Source: Formosa sp. Hel1_33_131
GTDB taxonomy: Bacteria > Bacteroidota > Bacteroidia > Flavobacteriales > Flavobacteriaceae
NCBI RefSeq assembly: GCF_001735745.1
Contig: NZ_CP017260.1
Location: 2,370,001 to 2,402,000 of the forward strand
DNA length: 32,000 nucleotides
Direction of reading: 5' to 3'
A program made the translations under genes and the position numbers. This document shows, piece by piece, positions 23,965 through 32,000 of this stretch (positions are counted from its first letter, which is position 1; each line of letters begins with the position of its first letter). The notes under the pieces are model-generated. The model was given only the letters and a program-made list of their open reading frames with translations. It was not told the origin of the DNA and did not search any database.

Positions 23965-24210
23965 TTAAAAAGACTTTTACCAAACCTACATATTTTTTTT
24001 ATATTTTTAATTGATAAGACATAATTTCTTAATGGAAGGGCCTCTTTTTTCTTGTGGGTGCAATCATTTATATAATAATTTATGAAACGAGTAGGCTAAA
24101 ATTATTATCAACTAAGGAATGATTAATAGCGAACCTGCCTGTGGCAGGCAGGCAGCATGTGTCCTTAAAAAAACAATAGATATAGACACATGAAATAAAA
24201 ATAAGAATTG

Positions 24211-24218
24211 TATTTTTG
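24211..24218 (+). promoter_or_regulatory. Bacteroidota-type -7 promoter box (TAnnTTTG)
   Basis: TATTTTTG, 17 nt upstream of the ATG at 24235. Confidence 0.4.
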
Positions 24219-24234
24219 AAAAAATAATCTACCG

Positions 24235-24501
24235 ATGTTACAAACTGCGTCTTTTATTGGATTGCTAAAAACGCTCCTAATTTTTGTTTTGGTCTATACC
24301 ATTTTCAAGTATTTGATGCGCTTATTTGCGCCCTTTATAATGAAGTCTATTGCCAAAAAAGCAGAAGCCCATTTTAGAAATCAATCCGCTCCAAAACCCC
24401 CTACCCAAAAAGAAGGGGAGATTAGTATTGATAAAATGCCCAATTCTAAATCATCAAATAATAATGTTGGGGAATATGTCGATTATGAAGAAGTTGAATA
24501 A
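24235..24501 (+). CDS. DUF4834-family small membrane protein
   Basis: 88 aa. N-terminal TM segment LLKTLLIFVLVYTIFKYLMRLFAPFIMK and acidic C-terminus GEYVDYEEVE, as in Bacteroidota DUF4834 proteins. Recognised from memory. Confidence 0.65.
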   Translation: MLQTASFIGLLKTLLIFVLVYTIFKYLMRLFAPFIMKSIAKKAEAHFRNQSAPKPPTQKEGEISIDKMPNSKSSNNNVGEYVDYEEVE

Positions 24502-24513
24502 ATAACTGAGACT

Positions 24514-26922
24514 ATGAACCCTAGCTTAAAACAATTTGGCACCCATTTTTTAGTGATTTTAGGGTTTGTTCTTGTGGCTGTTTTATATTTCAATCCCGTT
24601 CTAAAAGGAAAAAAAATCTATCAAAGTGATATTGTCCAATATACTGGGATGGCCAAACAGCAAATCGATTTTCGAAAAGCTTACGATGCCGAATCCTATT
24701 GGACCAACAGTGCTTTTGGTGGCATGCCAACCTATCAACTCGGTGCTAAATACCCTCATAATTACATTAAACAACTGGATTTAGCACTTCGTTTTTTACC
24801 CCGTCCAGCGGATTATCTATTTTTATATCTATTAGGATTTTACATCCTGTTATTGGTTTTAAAAGTTGACTACAAAGTTGCTGCTTTAGGAGCGTTCGCC
24901 TTTGGGTTTTCCACCTATTTAATTATTATTTTAGGGGTAGGACATAACTCCAAGGCCCATGCCATTGCCTATATGCCATTGGTATTGTCAGGAATTATTT
25001 TAACCTTTCAAAAGCGCTATTATTTAGGGTTTATATTGACCGCCGTAGCGTCCGGTTTAGAGCTTGCGACCAACCACCCTCAAATGACGTACTACTTAGG
25101 GTTTTTAATTATAATTTTAGGATTCTCGTATTTGATTCAAGCCATCAAAATAAAAGAACTTCCATCATTTTTTAAAGCGTCCGCCATTCTTTTAGTCGCT
25201 GCTGTTTTAGCCTTTGGAATGAATGCCACTAATTTGATGGCCACTAGTGAATATGCCAAAGAAAGCACCCGCGGACAAAGTGAATTGACCATCAATTCGG
25301 ATGGCAGTGCCAAAGAACAAACAACAGGTTTGGAGAGAGCCTATATTACGCAATTCAGTTACGGAATTTTAGAAACGTTTAACCTGTTCATCCCTCGATT
25401 TATGGGTGGTGGAAATAGAGAGAACCTTGGCAAAGATTCGGAAACCTATAAAGCCTACCGTGCATTGGGAGCAACTCCCTTACAAGCACTTCAGGAATCG
25501 AAACAAGCCCCCATGTATTGGGGCAATCAACCTATTGTGGAGGCGCCTGCCTATATTGGAGCCGTTGTGATTTTTCTTTTTGTATTGGCGTTGTTTCTAT
25601 ACCAAGGTCGTTTCAAATGGTGGCTGATTGCAGGGGTATTGATGTCTTTGTTTTTGTCTTACGGAAAAAATCTATCGTTTCTCACCGACTTATTTATTGA
25701 TTATGTTCCACTTTACAACAAATTTAGAGCAGTAAGTTCCATTCAAGTGATTTTAGAATTGTGTATTCCATTGTTAGCGGTCTTAGGATTGTCACAATTA
25801 TTTCAAAAAGACGTCAGCTCAGAAACGAAGCTGTATGCCTTAAAAAAATCGTTGGGCATTGTAGCCGGATTGACAGTCTTGTTTTTGATTTTTAAGAATA
25901 GCTTGTTTGATTTTGTTGGGATGAGTGATGGACAATTTAAGGAGTATTATGGAGCTTCTTTTGTAGAAGCGTTGCGAATGGATCGTAGCACTATTTTTAC
26001 AGAGGATGCATTGCGAACTTTGTTATTGGTCTTAGCTGTTGGAGGTTTGATTTTTGCCTATCTCAAACAAAAAATCGCTCAAAACACCACGATCGTTATT
26101 TTGGGTGTTATTCTTATTTTTGACCTTGTAGGGGTGGACCTTCGCTATGTGAATAATGATAATTTTGTTTCTGCAATTAAAGTAGATCGCCCGTATCAAG
26201 CAAGTAAAATTGATAAAGAAATATTAAAAGACACCACAAATTTTAGAGTCTTTGATATGTCCGACAATTCTACGAAAGCTTCTTATTTTCATAACTCAAT
26301 AGGAGGGTATCATGCCGCTAAATTGAAACGTTTTAAAGCCTTGCAAGAATTTCATATTGATAAAAATAACTTTGAAGTTCTTAATATGCTCAATACAAAG
26401 TATATCATTTATCAAAACAAAGAAGGAGAAGTGCTGTATTTTGAAAATGAAAAAGCAAATGGAAATGCTTGGTTTGTAGATGCAATTGAAACCTTTGAAA
26501 CCGCAGATGAAGAAATTTTATCCTTCGATAAAATAAACACAAAAACAACTGCGACCGCCAATACTTCAGAATTGAAGTCGCAACGTTTTGCAAAAGATTC
26601 TACCGCTTCGATTCAATTGGTGAATTACAAACTCAATCATTTGGTGTATGCAACCCAAAACCTTGAAGATGGATTTGCAGTATTTTCAGAGGCCTATTAT
26701 AAAAATGGGTGGAACGTTACTATAGATGGTGTCGAAGTAGAACATTACAATGTGGACTACGTACTTCGTGGCTTGGAAATCCCAAAGGGAGAACATACAG
26801 TGGTATTTTCGTTTAATCCAGCCGTTGTAGCTACAGGTTCAAATATCTCCTTGGGGAGTACCATTTTGTTGGTGCTGCTAATTCTAGGTCAAGGACTTCT
26901 AATTTATAGAAAACCATCGTGA
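24514..26922 (+). CDS. YfhO-family polytopic membrane protein (glycosylation-associated)
   Basis: 802 aa. Many TM segments in the first ~550 aa and a soluble C-terminal domain with a final TM. The N-terminus (FNPVLKGKKIYQSDIVQYTGMAKQ...) is typical of Bacteroidota YfhO-like proteins. Confidence 0.75.
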   Translation: MNPSLKQFGTHFLVILGFVLVAVLYFNPVLKGKKIYQSDIVQYTGMAKQQIDFRKAYDAESYWTNSAFGGMPTYQLGAKYPHNYIKQLDLALRFLPRPADYLFLYLLGFYILLLVLKVDYKVAALGAFAFGFSTYLIIILGVGHNSKAHAIAYMPLVLSGIILTFQKRYYLGFILTAVASGLELATNHPQMTYYLGFLIIILGFSYLIQAIKIKELPSFFKASAILLVAAVLAFGMNATNLMATSEYAKESTRGQSELTINSDGSAKEQTTGLERAYITQFSYGILETFNLFIPRFMGGGNRENLGKDSETYKAYRALGATPLQALQESKQAPMYWGNQPIVEAPAYIGAVVIFLFVLALFLYQGRFKWWLIAGVLMSLFLSYGKNLSFLTDLFIDYVPLYNKFRAVSSIQVILELCIPLLAVLGLSQLFQKDVSSETKLYALKKSLGIVAGLTVLFLIFKNSLFDFVGMSDGQFKEYYGASFVEALRMDRSTIFTEDALRTLLLVLAVGGLIFAYLKQKIAQNTTIVILGVILIFDLVGVDLRYVNNDNFVSAIKVDRPYQASKIDKEILKDTTNFRVFDMSDNSTKASYFHNSIGGYHAAKLKRFKALQEFHIDKNNFEVLNMLNTKYIIYQNKEGEVLYFENEKANGNAWFVDAIETFETADEEILSFDKINTKTTATANTSELKSQRFAKDSTASIQLVNYKLNHLVYATQNLEDGFAVFSEAYYKNGWNVTIDGVEVEHYNVDYVLRGLEIPKGEHTVVFSFNPAVVATGSNISLGSTILLVLLILGQGLLIYRKPS

Positions 26923-28199
26923 AAAAGGTACTCCTCATTACATACTATTGGCCACCTGCTGGTGGACCGGGCGTTCAACGTTGGTTGAAGTTCGTGAAGT
27001 ATCTGCCTGATTTTGGTATAGAACCCATTGTTTATTGTCCAGACAATCCCAATTACCCCATTACAGATGCTTCGTTAGTAGCAGATGTAAGTTCCGATTT
27101 AACGGTTTTAAAAACACCCATTCGCGAACCCTATAAATGGGCACAATTATTTTCTAAGTCCAAAACAGCAAACCTATCTAAAGGGCTTATTTCAAATCAA
27201 AAAAAACAATCAATCCTCGAAAAACTACTCCTTTTTGTAAGAGGGAATTTTTTCATTCCCGATGCGCGAGTCTCTTGGATTCGTCCTTCTGTTTTGTTTT
27301 TATCGGACTATATTACGACTCATCAAATTGATACGATTGTCACCACGGGTCCACCTCACAGTTTACATTTGATTGGGTTGCAATTAAAACAAAATCATGC
27401 GATCAAATGGGTGGCAGATTTTAGAGATCCTTGGACGCAAATAGGGTATCATAAAAAATTAATGCTAAGCTCGTTTGCTCAAAAAAAACATAAAAAATTA
27501 GAAACTGTGGTGCTTCAAACCGCAGATGAAATAGTGGTAACTAGCTTCAAAACTAAAACAATATTTTCAGAATTAACCACCACACCAATAACGGTTCTTA
27601 CCAATGGTTTTGATTTTGAAATCACCAACGATAGCACATTAGATTCAAAGTTTACACTATCACATATTGGATCTTTACTAGCGGGACGCAATCCCTATAT
27701 GTTATGGACCGTTTTATCGGATTTGATAAATGAATCCGATGAATTTGCTTCGGCGTTTCAACTCAATCTTATTGGATCGGTCAGTACAGAAGTGATGGAT
27801 GCCATTCGGATTTATGGATTGGAAAACTATATTAGTAATATTGGATATATTCCCCACAACGAAGTTTTAGAGTATCAGAAAAAGACTCAATTATTGCTAC
27901 TTATTGAAGAAAATTCAAAGGAAACGGAATACATAATTCCAGGAAAATTATTTGAATATATGGCGTCTAAACGCCCCATAATAGCCATTGGACCTGAGGT
28001 TTCTGATATAGAAAAAATCTTAAACCAAACCGGATCGGGTACTTATTTTAGATATGACGAAGCCGCGGCACTCCGCACACTTTTGTTAGAGCATTTTGAT
28101 GCCTATCAAACACAGCAATTAAACGTGGATTCAAAAGGATTGGAAGCCTACAGCCGTAAATCATTGACCCAACAATTGGCTCAAAAACTTCTGGATTAA
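26919..28199 (+). CDS. glycosyltransferase (GT-B fold, GT4-like)
   Basis: 426 aa. MKKVLLITYYWPPAGGPGVQRWLKFVKYL... has the pattern of a GT-B N-terminal domain, with an EYMASKRPII-type C-terminal motif. Its GTG start overlaps the YfhO stop by 4 nt, suggesting translational coupling. Confidence 0.85.
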   Translation: MKKVLLITYYWPPAGGPGVQRWLKFVKYLPDFGIEPIVYCPDNPNYPITDASLVADVSSDLTVLKTPIREPYKWAQLFSKSKTANLSKGLISNQKKQSILEKLLLFVRGNFFIPDARVSWIRPSVLFLSDYITTHQIDTIVTTGPPHSLHLIGLQLKQNHAIKWVADFRDPWTQIGYHKKLMLSSFAQKKHKKLETVVLQTADEIVVTSFKTKTIFSELTTTPITVLTNGFDFEITNDSTLDSKFTLSHIGSLLAGRNPYMLWTVLSDLINESDEFASAFQLNLIGSVSTEVMDAIRIYGLENYISNIGYIPHNEVLEYQKKTQLLLLIEENSKETEYIIPGKLFEYMASKRPIIAIGPEVSDIEKILNQTGSGTYFRYDEAAALRTLLLEHFDAYQTQQLNVDSKGLEAYSRKSLTQQLAQKLLD

Positions 28200-28204
28200 A
28201 CATA

Positions 28205-28245
28205 AAAACTCCGTAGTGATGTGGGATATTCATCTACGGAGTTTT
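28205..28245. terminator. hairpin between convergent genes (possible bidirectional terminator)
   Basis: 12-bp perfect stem aaaactccgtag / ctacggagtttt (28205-28216 / 28234-28245) with a 17-nt loop. The loop is long for a canonical intrinsic terminator. Confidence 0.5.
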
Positions 28246-28260
28246 CAACTAACTAACTAA

Positions 28261-29172
28261 TTATTTTCTTCGTCTTACGGGCGTTCTTTTTGAGTTTACT
28301 CTCGGCGTTCTTTGGGCAACTGTTCTTGAATTTCTTGTGACCGGTTTGCTACGGTTCACTTGATTCGATGTATTCGTTCGTACCCTCTGATTGGAAGTTA
28401 CAACGCTGTTATTGGATCGATTTGTTGATGGACGCGTTGTTCCTCGTGTTGTTTGACGGTTCTCAGAGTGCGTTGTGTTGTTCGTCGTTCGTCTGGTACG
28501 TCGGTTGGTTCTATAGCGATCACTTTGATTCGATCGGTTGTTTGCGACTCTATTGTGACCCCGTTGATTTCTATATACATTCGGACGACGATTGTTTCTG
28601 TACGGTCTTTGGTACTGATATCTGACAGGCGTATAATGTCTTCTATAAGGTGTCTTGAAAATCACACAATACTGAACATTTGGTACGCTGTAATACGAAT
28701 ACCACGCGCTAGGGGTGTAGTATCGGTGTTGACGGTTCACATAGCCATTACAGTGTGAATTGTTGTAGCGATCGTAGTTTATACGCATGTTGCCAATCCA
28801 AGACACCCGACCTCTGTAGTCATAATTAACATGCACATTTCCGGCTTGGCTGATACGTCCATAATAATCATAATATATAGGGGTATTTTCAATTTGAATG
28901 ACGGCCCCATAACTATCATATTGAACATAAGCACTGTAATCGTAGCCTGTATTGAAACTGATGTTTATTCCATTATGATTTGAAAATTGAATAGAATTTT
29001 GACGCTGTCTGAGCACATTAAAATCAAATTGTCCATCGTTAAAAATAGCAAATTCAATCCCTTGTTCATTAAATACAAAAGAATTACTAGTTCTCGATTG
29101 CTTAGAAACTGTGCTTGCAGAAACGGTTCCGAATAAGGTTAAAGTGACGAGGGCTAAAAATAATTTTCTCAT
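28261..29172 (-). CDS. secreted protein with tandem 16-aa repeats and an Arg/Asn/Thr-rich basic C-terminal tail
   Basis: 303 aa. Signal peptide MRKLFLALVTLTLFGTVSAS. Repeats YDYYGRISQAGNVHVN / YDYRGRVSWIGNMRIN / YDRYNNSHCNGYVN. The last ~130 aa are dominated by R, N, T, S, Q and P and end RTPVRRRK. Confidence 0.7.
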   Translation of the reverse strand: MRKLFLALVTLTLFGTVSASTVSKQSRTSNSFVFNEQGIEFAIFNDGQFDFNVLRQRQNSIQFSNHNGINISFNTGYDYSAYVQYDSYGAVIQIENTPIYYDYYGRISQAGNVHVNYDYRGRVSWIGNMRINYDRYNNSHCNGYVNRQHRYYTPSAWYSYYSVPNVQYCVIFKTPYRRHYTPVRYQYQRPYRNNRRPNVYRNQRGHNRVANNRSNQSDRYRTNRRTRRTTNNTTHSENRQTTRGTTRPSTNRSNNSVVTSNQRVRTNTSNQVNRSKPVTRNSRTVAQRTPRVNSKRTPVRRRK

Positions 29173-29282
29173 AATACAAAGTTTTAAAAGTTAAACACAA
29201 CTCTGTATTACCAAACAGCATGCCAAGAATCACAGCTCTAGTTTAGTTGACTGACGGTCAAATAAATAAATTTAAAACAAAC

Positions 29283-32000
29283 TCAATTTAATTTACTTTT
29301 TAGAAAATCAGCTGTTGAAGATTTCTTTGATTTGGTTATAAATTCTGGCGTGCCTTCAGCCAATACATAGCCGCCATTGGCACCGCCTTCAGGACCTAAA
29401 TCGATCACATGATCGGCACATTTAATCAGTTCTAAATTGTGCTCAACGACCAATACCGAGTGCCCTTTGTCAATCAAGGCATTGAAGGATTTGAGTAGTT
29501 TTTTAATGTCATGAAAATGAAGTCCCGTCGTAGGCTCATCAAAAATAAACAAACCCGTGTCTGCTTTGGAACCTTTTCCTAAAAAGGAGGCAAGTTTGAT
29601 ACGTTGTGCTTCACCACCAGAGAGGGTCGAAGAACTTTGTCCAAGGGTCACATACCCCAGCCCCACATCTTGAAGTGGCTGTAGTTTTGTTTTTATTTTA
29701 GTCACGTTATGCATTTCAAAAAAGGCAACGGCATCATCAATCGTCATGTTTAAAATATCATCAATTGTTTTGTCATGGAACTTAATTTCCAACACTTGTT
29801 TCTTAAAGCGTTTTCCATCACAGTCGTCACAAAGCAATTGGACGTCAGCCATAAACTGCATTTCAATGGTGACAGCACCTTCGCCTTTACAGGTATCGCA
29901 ACGGCCTCCATCGACATTGAATGAAAAATGTTTGGGTTGGTAATTTCTTAAAACACTTAATTTTTGCTTCGCGAATAGCGCCCGAATATCATCATAGGCT
30001 TTGATATACGTCACAGGGTTGGAACGTGAAGAACGCCCTATGGGGTTTTGATCGACAAACTCGATAAACTTAACGGTGCTAAAGTTCCCTTCAATACTCG
30101 TGAATTCGCCCGCCTTTTCGCCATAGCCTCCAATGGATTTTAGCAGTGCAGGATACACAATTTGTTTGACAAGCGTACTTTTTCCACTTCCAGAAACACC
30201 CGTCACAACCGTGAGCATGTTTAGTGGAAGGGTCACATCAATATTTTTTAAATTATGTTCTCGAGCGCCTTTGATGGTTACACTGTATTTTGACGTCCGT
30301 CGTTTTTTAGGAACTTCAATTTCCAGAGTCCCATTGAGGTACTGAGCTGTTAAAGTATTACTTTTTAAAAGCGATTTGTAAGTTCCACTCGCCATCACTT
30401 CGCCACCAAAAGTACCTGCTTCGGGTCCAATATCAATGACGTAATCTGCGGCTGCCATGATGGCTTCGTCATGTTCCACCACAATCACTGTGTTTCCTAA
30501 ATCCCGCAAGGCATTCAGTACATTGATCAGGCGTTCGGTATCTTTAGAATGGAGTCCAATACTCGGTTCGTCCAAAATATACATAGATCCCACAAGACTG
30601 CTCCCAAGGGAGGTAGCCAGATTGATCCGTTGGCTTTCGCCCCCCGATAAGGTGTTTGATTTTCGGTTTAAAGTCAGGTAATCCAGCCCCACATTGGATA
30701 AAAATTCCAAGCGGTTATTAATCTCTTTGAGCAATCGTTTTGCAATTTCTCGTTCTTTTGCGTCTAGCTTGATGGTCTTAAAAAATGCAATGATATCCTT
30801 GAGTGATAATTCCACCAAATCGGTAATGGAGGCACCTCCAACTTTTACAAAATTGGCTTCTGGTCGTAAGCGTTTTCCGTGGCAACTTCCACATTTTGTT
30901 TTTCCGCGGTAGCGAGATAACATCACTCGGTTTTGAACTTTATAAGCTTTGGATTCTAATTCGGCAAAAAAGTCGTTTAAACCTGTAAAATGAGAGTTCC
31001 CTTTCCATAACAATTTTTGGTGTTTGGCTTCTAATTCAAAGTAAGGCTTGTGAATTGGGAAGTCAAATTTATGGCTGTTATTAACCAGTTGATCCCTGTA
31101 ATATTTCATGCTTTCCCCACGCCATGGAAACACCGCATTTTCATAAACCGAAAGAGAGGTATTTGGAATCACAAGGCTTTCATCAATACCAATGACATCT
31201 CCATAGCCTTCACATTTTGGGCAGGCGCCATAAGGGTTGTTAAAGCTGAATAAATGCGTGTTGGGTTCTAAGAATTTTTGACCATCGAGTTCAAATGAAT
31301 TGCTAAATTCACGGGACTCCGAAGTCTCTATTTTTTCAATTTGACAACGTCCTTTTCCTTCAAAAAATGCCATTTCAATCGCATCTCCCAAACGGTTGTA
31401 AAAATCTTCTTCGCCTTTCACAATAATCCGATCGACAACCAAACTGATTGTTTTTGGTAGTTTTTTAAAATCTTCAATCTGCTCAATACGCTCTACGGTA
31501 TCACTCACTTTGATTCTTGCAAATCCCTGGTGTTGCAGAGCCTGTAGTTTATTTTCTAGTGTTCGCCCTTCTTCCAGATGGATGGGAGCAAGGAGGAGCA
31601 GTTTATCGCCTATTTCAAGCGTTTTGATATAATTAATGACATCGCTGGTTGTATCTTTTTTCACTACATTGTTAGAAGTAGGGGAATAGGTTTTCCCGAT
31701 ACGCGCGAATACTAATTTTAAATAATCATAAATTTCGGTGGTAGTTCCAACGGTGGAACGCGGATTGGTAGAATTTACTTTCTGTTCAATCGCAATCGCC
31801 GGCGCAATGCCTTTGATATAATCGACATTTGGTTTGTTGAGCCGCCCCAAAAACTGCCGTGCATAACTCGATAAACTCTCCACATAACGTCGTTGGCCTT
31901 CGGCATAGAGGGTGTCAAATGCCAAGCTTGATTTCCCCGATCCAGAAAGTCCTGTGATGACTACCAATTTGTGTCGTGGAATCGCAACGTCTATATTCTT
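29283..32000 (-). CDS. uvrA: excinuclease ABC subunit A (N-terminus beyond the right edge)
   Basis: Two ABC ATPase modules ([40 protein letters not shown]) and zinc-finger Cys pairs. The frame stays open upstream of the track's Met to position 32000 (..[17 protein letters not shown]..), so the gene is truncated by the window. Confidence 0.97.
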   Translation of the reverse strand, partial: KNIDVAIPRHKLVVITGLSGSGKSSLAFDTLYAEGQRRYVESLSSYARQFLGRLNKPNVDYIKGIAPAIAIEQKVNSTNPRSTVGTTTEIYDYLKLVFARIGKTYSPTSNNVVKKDTTSDVINYIKTLEIGDKLLLLAPIHLEEGRTLENKLQALQHQGFARIKVSDTVERIEQIEDFKKLPKTISLVVDRIIVKGEEDFYNRLGDAIEMAFFEGKGRCQIEKIETSESREFSNSFELDGQKFLEPNTHLFSFNNPYGACPKCEGYGDVIGIDESLVIPNTSLSVYENAVFPWRGESMKYYRDQLVNNSHKFDFPIHKPYFELEAKHQKLLWKGNSHFTGLNDFFAELESKAYKVQNRVMLSRYRGKTKCGSCHGKRLRPEANFVKVGGASITDLVELSLKDIIAFFKTIKLDAKEREIAKRLLKEINNRLEFLSNVGLDYLTLNRKSNTLSGGESQRINLATSLGSSLVGSMYILDEPSIGLHSKDTERLINVLNALRDLGNTVIVVEHDEAIMAAADYVIDIGPEAGTFGGEVMASGTYKSLLKSNTLTAQYLNGTLEIEVPKKRRTSKYSVTIKGAREHNLKNIDVTLPLNMLTVVTGVSGSGKSTLVKQIVYPALLKSIGGYGEKAGEFTSIEGNFSTVKFIEFVDQNPIGRSSRSNPVTYIKAYDDIRALFAKQKLSVLRNYQPKHFSFNVDGGRCDTCKGEGAVTIEMQFMADVQLLCDDCDGKRFKKQVLEIKFHDKTIDDILNMTIDDAVAFFEMHNVTKIKTKLQPLQDVGLGYVTLGQSSSTLSGGEAQRIKLASFLGKGSKADTGLFIFDEPTTGLHFHDIKKLLKSFNALIDKGHSVLVVEHNLELIKCADHVIDLGPEGGANGGYVLAEGTPEFITKSKKSSTADFLKSKLN

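Noticed and set aside
24134-24148. GC-rich mini-hairpin CCTGCC-tgt-GGCAGG, followed by CAGGCAGC and a CATGTGTC/GACACATG inverted repeat, in the AT-rich gap upstream of the DUF4834 gene
   Set aside because: It is striking against the background, but it is a single copy in this window. It has no T-run and no nearby upstream gene to terminate. The evidence is insufficient to call it a terminator, REP or regulatory site.

Overview
Low-GC chromosomal segment that looks like Bacteroidota, probably Flavobacteriia. The support is several TAnnTTTG -7 promoter boxes about 17-25 nt upstream of start codons, plus DUF4834, YfhO and CarboxypepD_reg-type outer-membrane receptor genes. I found no rRNA, tRNA or CRISPR array.

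The window has two parts.

(1) Positions 1-4.7 kb are a visibly more AT-rich accessory island. All of its genes are on the minus strand. They encode exported or lipoproteins and a CoiA-like nuclease, arranged as roughly 1-kb single-gene units separated by a conserved 73-nt imperfect-palindromic repeat (3 copies). The island carries two sequence-identical REP-RAYT-REP units, each an HUH/Y1 transposase flanked by inverted 31-bp hairpin repeats. One unit carries a 1-nt frameshift. The other sits inside a signal-peptide/TPR gene, and removing exactly that 665-bp unit restores one continuous reading frame.

(2) Positions 4.7-32 kb are mostly core genes:
- a TonB-dependent-type receptor;
- a tightly coupled biotin operon, bioF-bioD-bioA-(KAS I/II-like)-bioB, with no bioC or bioH in the window;
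- an ArsC-family gene overlapping prfB, where prfB has the classical AGGAGG-TAT-CTT-TGA-C +1 frameshift site that the ORF track misses;
- ltaE and ptrB;
- a CBS-like PLP enzyme and an SPT-like alpha-oxoamine synthase, which I read as a capA/capB-like sulfonolipid pair, separated by a small accessory islet (a DUF1493-like gene with an in-frame TGA, vapBC, gene remnants);
- a porin-like gene followed by a GNAT-motif gene, convergent on the SPT-like gene;
- DUF4834, YfhO and a GT4 glycosyltransferase;
- a secreted protein with tandem 16-aa repeats and an extreme Arg/Asn/Thr-rich tail;
- uvrA, which runs off the right edge.

The candidates I rate most novel are the 73-nt-repeat cassette-like array with apparently active RAYT units, the operon-embedded KAS-like gene as a possible pimeloyl-synthesis step, and the GNAT-motif gene next to the SPT-like gene as a possible sulfonolipid N-acyltransferase.
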